Part shown: piece by piece, positions 24,151 to 32,000 of the stretch
Layout: every line of letters begins with the position of its first letter
Position numbering within the stretch: position 1 is the stretch's first letter
Assembly (NCBI RefSeq): GCF_000025945.1
Contig: NC_006138.1
Span: forward strand, 1,320,001-1,352,000
Direction of reading: 5' to 3'
Source: Desulfotalea psychrophila LSv54
GTDB lineage: Bacteria > Desulfobacterota > Desulfobulbia > Desulfobulbales > Desulfocapsaceae
Length of the DNA: 32,000 bases
The notes under the pieces: model-generated
Database searches by the model: none
The model's input: the letters and a program-made list of their open reading frames with translations, nothing else
What the model was told of the DNA's origin: nothing
Made by a program: the position numbers and the translations under genes

Positions 24151-24314
24151 GGTTGTCTTCATTTCATCATTTAGCCTAACAAAATTTTGGATCATGTTGC
24201 TGGGCAAGAGTTAATAGTCCAGAGCATATGTCGATAGTTTTTTGGATCTTCATATTTGCTCAAAGCCAGCTAGGGAGTTTTATTTTAAATAAATTAGGAA
24301 AGGATAATTATCGG

Positions 24315-25814
24315 ATGATTTTGAAGAAAATAATTTATAAAAGCTTATTTATCAATTGCTTATTTGCCACTTGCTTATTTGTTTCATTTGCGGATGCAGC
24401 AACACTTCGAACACCGCATCAATTGGAATGGAGGGGGCAGGAGTCTCTTGATCCAATTTCATCGACACGTTTTTATTACCCTGTACAAATGTTATATAAC
24501 CGCCTGGTCAGACAAGATAAAATAGGTGCACCATCACCTGAATTAGCAACTAAATGGACATCCAATGAAACAGCAACTGAATGGGTGTTTGATTTACGTG
24601 AAAATGTAAAATTTCATAATGGTAAAGAACTTACTTCAGCCGATGTTGTGGCAACAATAAATAGAATTCTTGATACAAAACGAGATGCCCCTGTTAGAGC
24701 GGTACTTTCAATAATAAAAGAAGTAACTGCATTAAATAATTATAAAGTTAAATTTACTCTCAATAAAGCGCATTCTGATTTTCCTATTTTATTAATGGAT
24801 TATCGAGTGAAAATATTACCTGTAAATGTTGATCAAGATAAGTCTCTGCTTGGTATAGGAACAGGGCCATTTAAACTCGAAAATCTTAATGTTGAAGGAA
24901 CAACAAACCTTATAGCTAACAATGAATACTGGGAAGGAAAGCCAAAACTTGATGGTATTGATTTAATCGCTATTGCTGATGATTCAGCTAGAGTCCAGGC
25001 GCTTTTAGCCCGACAAATAGACTGGATTGGTTGGTCTGGAGTGACATCTCAACAACTGCCTCTCTTTCAATATAACAGCATGTTTAAGGTTGATTCTATT
25101 TCAACCGGTGACTGGCGTGGCATTATATTTAAAAATGATGTGGCACCATTTACCGATCCAAAAGTACGCAAAGCACTGCGCATTGTGGCTGACCGAGCAG
25201 AAATGGCCAGACTTGTACTTGGAGAAGATGGGGGGGCAACTACCTGTGATACTCCGGTATGGAAAGGCGATCAATATAGAATGAATTTAGAGTGTGAACA
25301 AGATATTGATGGTGCTAAAAAGTTATTAGCAGAGGCCGGTTTTCCTGATGGACTTGATATTGATCTATACACCAGTAACACTGATACCTATTTCCGACCT
25401 TTAGTTGAAGTATATCAACGACAAGCTGCAAAAGCCAATATTCGTATCCATATAAAGATGACACCTTCTGATAGTTATTGGAATGACGTTTGGATGAAAA
25501 AATCAGCATTTACAACTGTTTGGGGTCAGCGTTCAGCCGATCAGGTGCTCAATGAAGTTTATCGCAGCACTGCTCAATGGAATGAATCCTCTTGGGGGAG
25601 CACCGATTATGATCAGTTATTAGATGAAGCTCGTTTAACTTTAGATTTTAATTCCCGTAAAAAACTTTATATCGCTGCTCAAAAAATGTTGTGGGAAGAG
25701 GGTGGAAGTTTAATCCCATTCCACCTACGCAATCATAGAGTAATGATGAAAAATGTAACTATTCCTGCTGTGGAAGATTTTTCGATTCGATGGAATCTTG
25801 TCACTAAAGAATAA
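24315..25814 (+). CDS. ABC transporter substrate-binding protein, family 5 (peptide/nickel/opine type)
   Basis: The ATG at 24315 gives the signal peptide MILKKIIYKSLFINCLFATCLFVSFADA. Its ~500-aa size and blocks such as WTFKLRENVKFHNGKELTSADV fit SBP family 5. Confidence 0.85.
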   Translation: MILKKIIYKSLFINCLFATCLFVSFADAATLRTPHQLEWRGQESLDPISSTRFYYPVQMLYNRLVRQDKIGAPSPELATKWTSNETATEWVFDLRENVKFHNGKELTSADVVATINRILDTKRDAPVRAVLSIIKEVTALNNYKVKFTLNKAHSDFPILLMDYRVKILPVNVDQDKSLLGIGTGPFKLENLNVEGTTNLIANNEYWEGKPKLDGIDLIAIADDSARVQALLARQIDWIGWSGVTSQQLPLFQYNSMFKVDSISTGDWRGIIFKNDVAPFTDPKVRKALRIVADRAEMARLVLGEDGGATTCDTPVWKGDQYRMNLECEQDIDGAKKLLAEAGFPDGLDIDLYTSNTDTYFRPLVEVYQRQAAKANIRIHIKMTPSDSYWNDVWMKKSAFTTVWGQRSADQVLNEVYRSTAQWNESSWGSTDYDQLLDEARLTLDFNSRKKLYIAAQKMLWEEGGSLIPFHLRNHRVMMKNVTIPAVEDFSIRWNLVTKE

Positions 25815-25965
25815 TTTTTTAAAAGTAAAAATACAGCTATAAAAACTGTTTGGTTTAAACGAAATAAAAGTAGAAGTAAAATTCTATTTTTATTTCGTTT
25901 TTTAATTAGAAATTTCAACATATATATCATATGTGTTTATGCCCTTTGATATAATGAGGACTTTC

Positions 25966-26919
25966 ATGTTTACCATGATTTACAAACGCCTTTTCACTGC
26001 GATATTTTCCCTTTTTATTGTTGGGGTGCTGGTCTTTTTTGTTACAGAATCGTTACCTGGCGACTTTTGTACTAGTTATTTAGGACAAAATGCAACTGGA
26101 AGTCGATTAGAACAATGTCGTATCGATAATAATTTAAATGCCCCTTTAGTCGAACGGTTTTCACTTTGGTCTGAAAATGTTGTCAGTGGCAATTTGGGAA
26201 CATCCTTGAAACGGCAAAGACCGGTTAGCGACGTACTTGTTCCTCGATTAGAAAACACCTTAATCCTTGGTGGAATAGCTGCCTTGATAGGGATCCCCAT
26301 AGCCATTTTTCTTGGATGCATCGCAGGACTTAGAGCAAATAAAAAATCAGATCATTTTATATCAATAGCTTCTCTTTTCACCATGACGGTTCCTGAATTT
26401 GTAACCGCCACCCTCTTAACGCTTATATTTAGTATCTGGCTACCATGGTTTCCAGCTGTTACTTTGATCGGAGAGAATGCGTCCTTGTCTGAATTGCTGC
26501 CTAACGTAGTTTTACCTGTGGTTGCCCTTTCTATGGCAATGATTGCTCACATATTACGCATGGTTCGCTCATGTATGATTACTGTGATGAATTCAAGCTA
26601 TATTAAAATGGCCCGCTTAAAAGGTATCCCTTATTGGTATATTGTTTTTCACCATGCTCTTCCCAATGCCCTGCTGCCAGCTATCAACATTATTGCTCTC
26701 ACTATTGCTTGGTTGCTTGGTGGTGTTGTTATTATTGAACAGGTGTTCAACTATCCAGGCATCGGTAGTCTTATGATTTCAGCAATTTACGATAGAGACC
26801 TCCCTGTCGTTCAAGGTGTCGCCATCGTTTTAGCGATTATTTATATTTTGGTTAACCTCTGTGCAGATCTTCTAACCTGTATTCTTAATCCCAAACTTCG
26901 CACGCAGCAAGGATATTAA
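25966..26919 (+). CDS. ABC transporter permease (DppB/YejB-like)
   Basis: GAGGA lies 5 nt upstream of the ATG at 25966. The N-terminus MFTMIYKRLFTAIFSLFIV.. is typical. It is a polytopic membrane protein in the first permease position. Confidence 0.85.
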   Translation: MFTMIYKRLFTAIFSLFIVGVLVFFVTESLPGDFCTSYLGQNATGSRLEQCRIDNNLNAPLVERFSLWSENVVSGNLGTSLKRQRPVSDVLVPRLENTLILGGIAALIGIPIAIFLGCIAGLRANKKSDHFISIASLFTMTVPEFVTATLLTLIFSIWLPWFPAVTLIGENASLSELLPNVVLPVVALSMAMIAHILRMVRSCMITVMNSSYIKMARLKGIPYWYIVFHHALPNALLPAINIIALTIAWLLGGVVIIEQVFNYPGIGSLMISAIYDRDLPVVQGVAIVLAIIYILVNLCADLLTCILNPKLRTQQGY

Positions 26920-26920
26920 A

Positions 26921-27781
26921 ATGGGTAAGATTAAATTGGTAATGGAGTACTTTAAGCAGTTTAGCTCAATTTTATCAGCAAAAGTTGGTTTAATCTTATT
27001 TTTTTCTCATATTTTATTAGCTTGCTTTGCTACCTATATCATTCCCTATGACTATGGACAAACCGATAGCTTTAATATACTTAAAGGTCCAAATATGGCG
27101 CATTGGTTAGGCACCGACCAATTAGGGAGAGATATATTAAGTCGAACAATTATGGGGGGGAGAGTTGCCCTATTTATTACGTTTTTTGGCAGCTCTATTG
27201 CCATATTCTGGGGGAGCTGCTTAGGGGTTTTTATCGGATTTGTAGGCGGACGTTTTGATGAGATAGTGATGCGTTTTATCGATGCTTTATTATCAATTCC
27301 TTGGATCTTGTTTTTGCTTCTGATTATCAGTGTTTTAGGACAGAGTGATATAACATTGATCCTGACATTAGGGTTTTTCTATGGCATTGCTGTAATAAGA
27401 GTTGTCAGGGGAGCTACGCTTGATGTTATTACCCATGACTATATTTTAGCCGCACGTCTACGTGGAGATCGAACAAGCGCCATCATTAGATATGAGATCC
27501 TGCCTAATATTATGAATGTAATCTTAGTTGATGGAGCCATGCGCTGGTCATGGATGTTACTTATCTTTAGCTCTTTATCTTTCTTAGGCTTTGGTGTTAA
27601 TCCTCCGACGCCTGATTGGGGGCTCATGATTGCGGATACTCGAGGTTTTATGTCCGTCGCGCCTTGGGCAACTCTTGCGCCGTTAATCGCTTTAAGCTCA
27701 CTTATTTTTTCAATTAATATTATTTCAGACGCCTTATCAAAAGTGGCTGGTATAACTCATGATAACAGCTCACCGGTATAG
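26921..27781 (+). CDS. ABC transporter permease (DppC/YejE-like)
   Basis: HWLGTDQLGRDILSR is the conserved periplasmic-loop motif of DppC-type permeases. The gene starts 1 nt after the upstream stop. Confidence 0.85.
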   Translation: MGKIKLVMEYFKQFSSILSAKVGLILFFSHILLACFATYIIPYDYGQTDSFNILKGPNMAHWLGTDQLGRDILSRTIMGGRVALFITFFGSSIAIFWGSCLGVFIGFVGGRFDEIVMRFIDALLSIPWILFLLLIISVLGQSDITLILTLGFFYGIAVIRVVRGATLDVITHDYILAARLRGDRTSAIIRYEILPNIMNVILVDGAMRWSWMLLIFSSLSFLGFGVNPPTPDWGLMIADTRGFMSVAPWATLAPLIALSSLIFSINIISDALSKVAGITHDNSSPV

Positions 27782-27790
27782 GGAAAAGAG

Positions 27791-29443
27791 ATGAATTGTA
27801 TAATCGAAGTTTCAAATTTAAATTTGGGATACAAAAATAAATCAGGTGATTTCTGTCACATTCTCAATAATGTTAATCTTCAAGTTAAGGCAAAAGATAT
27901 TGTAGCTCTTGTGGGTGAATCAGGCTCAGGGAAAAGCACCCTAGCCCTTGCTCTAATGGGATATACAAACGATGATTGTATGGTTAAATCTGGAATCATC
28001 AATTTTTTCAATAAAGATATCTTGCAACTATCAGCATTAGAGTTAGCAGAAATACGAGGCAGTCAAATAGCATTAATACCTCAAAATGCAGGGCAGGCTT
28101 TAACTCCAACAGTGAAAGTGGGTCGACAAATACAAGAAGTATTACAGTTTCATAGCGATATTGATAAAGAAAATTATAAATTCAAAGTTATTGAGCTATT
28201 AAACGATGTTAAACTGCCAAATGCTGAGCAAATTTTTTATCGCTATCCGCATCAACTTTCAGGAGGCCAGCAGCAAAGAGTTGCAATAGCAATGGCTCTA
28301 GCGGTCAAACCTAAACTGCTGGTTTTAGATGAACCAACTACTGGTCTTGATGCCACAACTCAAGTTCATATTCTAGATTTATTAAAAGCATTAATACATA
28401 AACATAAAGTTTCTATGGTTTTTGTAAGTCATGATTTTGGCGCAGTTTCTCGACTTTGTAATAAGGTGTGTGTTATGCATAAAGGTGAAATAGTAGAACA
28501 AGGCGATATAAGGAAAGTTTTACTGCAACCTGAACATCTTGACACTCCATCATTCCTAAAGTCAGTCCCTGTTATTGGCAAGAGCCAAGAAACAAGCTCT
28601 TTAATAATAGAAGGAAATAGGCAAGAGAAAGAAGTAAGCATCTCGTTAAAGCAACTAAAGATATCCTATTACCGTAAAACTTTATGGCAATCAATAACAA
28701 GAGAACCAGAGCCTGAAGCCACAGTAGATAATATAAACCTAATGTTAAATAAAGGTGAAACGCTTGCTCTGGTTGGTGAGTCTGGCAGTGGAAAATCAAC
28801 AATTCTTAAAGCCATTGCTGGATTAAATAAAGTCAAAGGTGGAGAGATAATATTCAATGGTAAGCCATTAGATATACTTGAAAAAAGAACTAAAGAACAA
28901 AAAAAGCAAATCCAGATGATATTCCAAAATCCGGATGCATCGTTGAATCCAAAGCAAACGATTTTGCAGATTTTATCTAAACCATTACAACTCTACTTTG
29001 ATATGAGTAGCGCTCAATGCTATGAGAGAGCAAAAGATTTATTAGAACAGGTACATCTAAATCCGGATTATCTGTATAGAAATCCAGGTATGCTTTCTGG
29101 TGGCGAAAAACAACGGGTTGCAATAGCAAGAGCCTTTGCCTCGAAGCCAGAGTTATTGCTTTGTGATGAGATAACCTCGGCCTTAGATGTAACCGTACAA
29201 AATACAGTATTAAAATTGCTCAAAGAGCTACAAATAAAATTTAATACCAGTTGTATCTTTATCGCTCATGATTTAGCCATTGTGGAATCAATAGCAGATC
29301 AAATTGCCATACTTCACAAAGGTCGAATCTGTGAAGTAGGACCAACAAAGTCAGTCTTTGCCAACCCTCGTAACTCATACACAAAAATTTTATTAGACTC
29401 AGTTTTAAAACCAGAATTAGAACCTCAACTGAGATACGCATAG
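27791..29443 (+). CDS. ABC transporter ATP-binding protein, fused tandem ATPase (YejF/GsiA-like)
   Basis: It has two Walker A motifs (GESGSGKST twice), two signature motifs (LSGGQQQRV, LSGGEKQRV) and two Walker B motifs (LLVLDEPT, LLLCDEIT). Confidence 0.9.
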   Translation: MNCIIEVSNLNLGYKNKSGDFCHILNNVNLQVKAKDIVALVGESGSGKSTLALALMGYTNDDCMVKSGIINFFNKDILQLSALELAEIRGSQIALIPQNAGQALTPTVKVGRQIQEVLQFHSDIDKENYKFKVIELLNDVKLPNAEQIFYRYPHQLSGGQQQRVAIAMALAVKPKLLVLDEPTTGLDATTQVHILDLLKALIHKHKVSMVFVSHDFGAVSRLCNKVCVMHKGEIVEQGDIRKVLLQPEHLDTPSFLKSVPVIGKSQETSSLIIEGNRQEKEVSISLKQLKISYYRKTLWQSITREPEPEATVDNINLMLNKGETLALVGESGSGKSTILKAIAGLNKVKGGEIIFNGKPLDILEKRTKEQKKQIQMIFQNPDASLNPKQTILQILSKPLQLYFDMSSAQCYERAKDLLEQVHLNPDYLYRNPGMLSGGEKQRVAIARAFASKPELLLCDEITSALDVTVQNTVLKLLKELQIKFNTSCIFIAHDLAIVESIADQIAILHKGRICEVGPTKSVFANPRNSYTKILLDSVLKPELEPQLRYA

Positions 29444-29466
29444 AAATTATTTTTTCATCGGTATAT

Positions 29467-29498
29467 GAGCCTGCCCTGTAACTGGGTAGGCTCTTGTT
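29467..29498 (+). terminator. Rho-independent terminator candidate after the ABC operon
   Basis: gagcctgccc / gggtaggctc forms a 10-bp stem with one G-U pair and loop tgtaact. It is followed by ttgtt and lies 24 nt after the stop codon. Confidence 0.5.
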
Positions 29499-29567
29499 AG
29501 CAAAAGTCTTGAGATTCTTACGATTGGTTGGCTGATGGCCGAATCTGGAGCTCAAATCAAGTTTCTG

Positions 29568-29597
29568 CGCCGCATCGAGCTTTCGGGCGATGCGGCG
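29568..29597. repeat. Perfect 10-bp GC-rich hairpin with 10-nt loop
   Basis: The sequence is cgccgcatcg agctttcggg cgatgcggcg. Confidence 0.8.
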
Positions 29598-29927
29598 GCG
29601 AGCGAGTGAGCTTGTTGTTGTTCCAATCTACCCTGCCCTGTAACAATCTGCTTCTTTTTCACTCCTTAATAAGCAGGCATTAACTCCCACCGACTTATAG
29701 GCTGGTCTCGTTTTCACCACCACTCCACCGTTCCCGTCTGAGCGCATTCACATCTTTTGACCATTTTCTTGCCACGATAATCGTGGTGATAAATTAAATA
29801 TTTTTAAAAATTTTATTCCCTTCGATATACATAGTTGAGTTATATTTAAGTTTTTTATGATTGAGTATGGATAACGGATATCGTATGTTAGCATCCTGTA
29901 ATCTATAATAAATATTGGAGTCAAACT

Positions 29928-31148
29928 GTGGAGAATCAGAAAATGAAGTCCTGGGGTAAGGGGGAAGGCTTGTTGCTCTGGCTCTGCATAGTCTTGACTG
30001 TAGCTCTGTTGAGCTCACCGTCCATAATACATGGCAACACTCTCGATCAGGTTGCGGATAAGCTGGTAAAAAGGTTGGAGAGGCAGGTTGAGCTTGAAGG
30101 TCTTAATCTTCAGCTGACGCCGTCCAGTTTTTCAGAACAGGGAAGTGGCAGGCAGCACGCTATTGTAGATAGTTTATACGAGGCCGTCTCCGTTGCCCTG
30201 AGTGAGAGAGGCGCCTCCCCTTCACTGCATGAGATAGGGGATGAACCGATACGTCTGGTCGGCAGTTACTTAAAAACAGGCAGGTCGCTTGAGATTCATC
30301 TGCGTCTGAGAAAGATGGGCAGGCTTGAGAGCAGTGATATAGCCGTTGCTGATTATACAACTTCCATGGCAGGAATTGATTCCCGGCTCTTGGCTAATTC
30401 TCTTGATGTGGTTGCTCTGGAGTTAGTTAGGAAAATTGAAAGGACATATGTGGATATGGACGGGGCAAGGCTGATTGTTGAGCAGCCGTTACCGCTTGTT
30501 CCCAGCGAGCCAACTCTGCAGTTTGGTTCTGCACTGAAGGCTGCCCTCGAGCGTGCTCTGCTTAGATCTGAAACCTTTGGCGGGGCCCATTTCGGCTCGA
30601 CCAGGAATTGTATTAGACTGATCAGTAAATATAATGCGGGAGAGCCTGTGCAGATTGCCGTGACCCTCGAAGGAGAGCAGGAGCTGCCACTTGCCAGCGC
30701 TGCCGCCACCCTTGCTCGCGCAGATATCCCGTCTCAATTTTTTGAAATGATTAAGGATCAGGGATCTCGGGTCTGCGTTGCCTATAGGGCAGGATCAAAA
30801 AGGGCCGTCTCGTCTCAGTCTCCAACCGTTGAATTCCTTCTCAATCAGCTGGCCGCCTCACTGCACACGGTCAGTATAGAACCGGAAATTTGTGATTCGG
30901 GTCAGCGGGGGATTCAGGTGAGCTCTTCACTGAACATAAAGAGGCGGAAGACTGAGGATGGCTATGTCATTTTGTTTGCCGATCTGAATCTTATCATCGA
31001 AAATAATGGTAAAAAAATAGGTACAGTACGTTCGAAGGGCCGTCAGTCAGCCGGGCAAATGGATGATGCTACCAGTCTCCTTCTGGAAAAGCTGTTCACC
31101 CCGGAGCTTGAGCAAAAGCTGGCCAAATATATACTTGGCATAAGGTAG
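29928..31148 (+). CDS. Secreted envelope protein built from three repeated modules, unknown function
   Basis: GGAG lies upstream of GTG 29928 / ATG 29943. The signal sequence is LLLWLCIVLTVALLSSPSIIHG. Two modules end in a DxxxRLxGxYxxxGxxxxI-type strand pair. The third, C-terminal module has no such motif and looks LPP20-like. I recognise no enzymatic motif. Confidence 0.6.
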   Translation: MENQKMKSWGKGEGLLLWLCIVLTVALLSSPSIIHGNTLDQVADKLVKRLERQVELEGLNLQLTPSSFSEQGSGRQHAIVDSLYEAVSVALSERGASPSLHEIGDEPIRLVGSYLKTGRSLEIHLRLRKMGRLESSDIAVADYTTSMAGIDSRLLANSLDVVALELVRKIERTYVDMDGARLIVEQPLPLVPSEPTLQFGSALKAALERALLRSETFGGAHFGSTRNCIRLISKYNAGEPVQIAVTLEGEQELPLASAAATLARADIPSQFFEMIKDQGSRVCVAYRAGSKRAVSSQSPTVEFLLNQLAASLHTVSIEPEICDSGQRGIQVSSSLNIKRRKTEDGYVILFADLNLIIENNGKKIGTVRSKGRQSAGQMDDATSLLLEKLFTPELEQKLAKYILGIR

Positions 31149-31207
31149 GATTGAATGATGTACAGAGTGGTCAGGATGGTCTCGGGAATTATATCTACGG
31201 AGAGGGA

Positions 31208-32000
31208 TATGGGTATTGTTGCAAATAGAGTTGTTCTTTTTGTCTTATTAAGCGTTGGCCTCTGTCTAAGCGGCTGTGTTACGGAGAAAGGCGGGTTCGG
31301 GCGGATCAATGATGGTCATCGTCCAGATACCTCCAGAGAGTCAGGCTTTTCCACCCTTTCTGAACTCACCGATATCTTTAGCCGTGATCTTGCCTCGCAG
31401 GTTCAGTCAAAAAAAATTTACCTTGATCGGGCAAAAATCAGAGATGTAAGTACAGGTGATGTTGCTAACTTCTCCTCCTATTTACAGAATGAACTTGAGG
31501 CGTCTTTGAGCAGAACATTTGACCTGCAGGTTGTCCCCGATGGAGCAGATTTGCTTCTTGGCGCAACTTTTCAGAGATACGGTGATCATATAAAAATATT
31601 TTTTAAATATCACTCCCCGGATTTTTCGGTGAATAAGAGTATTGATTATCATATTGAGCAATCAAGAATACCAAGGGATTCCCTGAAAGAGAATTTACAC
31701 TCAAAGGCAAAGCAGCTTGCGGCAAATATTATAGCTGACGATCTTGAGTATAAAATTTATGTAAAGCCCTTTGAATCATCAAGGTATGCATGTGTCTCTC
31801 CATTTTCCCGTATGTTTTCAACCTTGGTTAAAAGTCAAATAGTTCAGATTCACAGGCAGGTGGAAATCATTGATGATTGTCCTGTGAAGGGGAAATTATC
31901 ACACTTGAATAGTGCGGGCAAGAGGGGAAGAGGTGGTGCTGATGATCATTTTGCCGATGCCGATTCGGTGCTTGAGGGTGAATATGTTATCAATGGCGAT
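31208..32000 (+). CDS. Lipoprotein with the same repeated module architecture (partial, runs off right edge)
   Basis: The ATG at 31208 has GGAG upstream. MGIVANRVVLFVLLSVGLCLSGC contains the lipobox LSG|C. The frame is open to position 32000 by my own translation. Modules include ..GADLLLGATFQRYGDHIKIFFKY and ..DADSVLEGEYVINGD. It is absent from the ORF track because it is open-ended. Confidence 0.6.

Noticed and set aside
1-32000. CRISPR arrays, tRNA, rRNA genes
   Set aside because: The only tandem direct repeat is the 12-bp x3 unit inside the Fic gene. I saw no spacer-repeat periodicity, no cloverleaf-like segments and no rRNA-like conserved stretches by eye. A tRNAscan/Rfam run would be needed to exclude small RNAs.

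Overview
This is a bacterial chromosomal window that looks like an anaerobic Desulfobacterota-type genome. That assignment is a low-confidence inference from gene content only.

The window is a mosaic. Intact metabolic and transport operons sit between stretches of decayed mobile DNA and gene fragments.

Well-supported genes:
- A periplasmic Ntn (choloylglycine/penicillin V acylase-type) hydrolase and an AT-rich secreted esterase (1003-3188).
- A class II Fic AMPylase (4475-5482).
- A minus-strand DUF169 + TRAP dctPQM operon (6389-10110) followed by a HAD hydrolase.
- A plus-strand operon of Leu/Val-type amino-acid dehydrogenase, 2-oxoacid:ferredoxin oxidoreductase (fused gamma-delta, alpha, beta) and an AMP-forming acyl-CoA synthetase (16671-22647).
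- A PilZ-domain protein.
- A very AT-rich Yej/Dpp-like ABC importer with a fused double ATPase (24315-29443).
- Two signal-peptide/lipoprotein envelope proteins built from repeated modules, the second running off the right edge (29928-32000).

The regions 1-6400 and 11200-16650 contain remnants of IS903-like, IS1-like and integrase-core transposases. A possible group II intron reverse-transcriptase remnant lies at 23651-23974. The two regions also contain three copies of a DUF2784-like gene (one intact), two internally deleted Fic 3' fragments, and several short dispersed repeat families.

Most unusual observations:
- A zinc-ribbon ORF that stays open across one in-frame TGA.
- A duplicated module of a Fic remnant plus a convergent small ORF, flanking a secreted hyper-basic Arg/Lys/Tyr repeat protein.
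- A homopolymer frameshift that removes the conserved Fic tail.
- A hydrolase cassette flanked by inverted repeats.
- The modular envelope-protein operon.

I found no rRNA, tRNA or CRISPR array.
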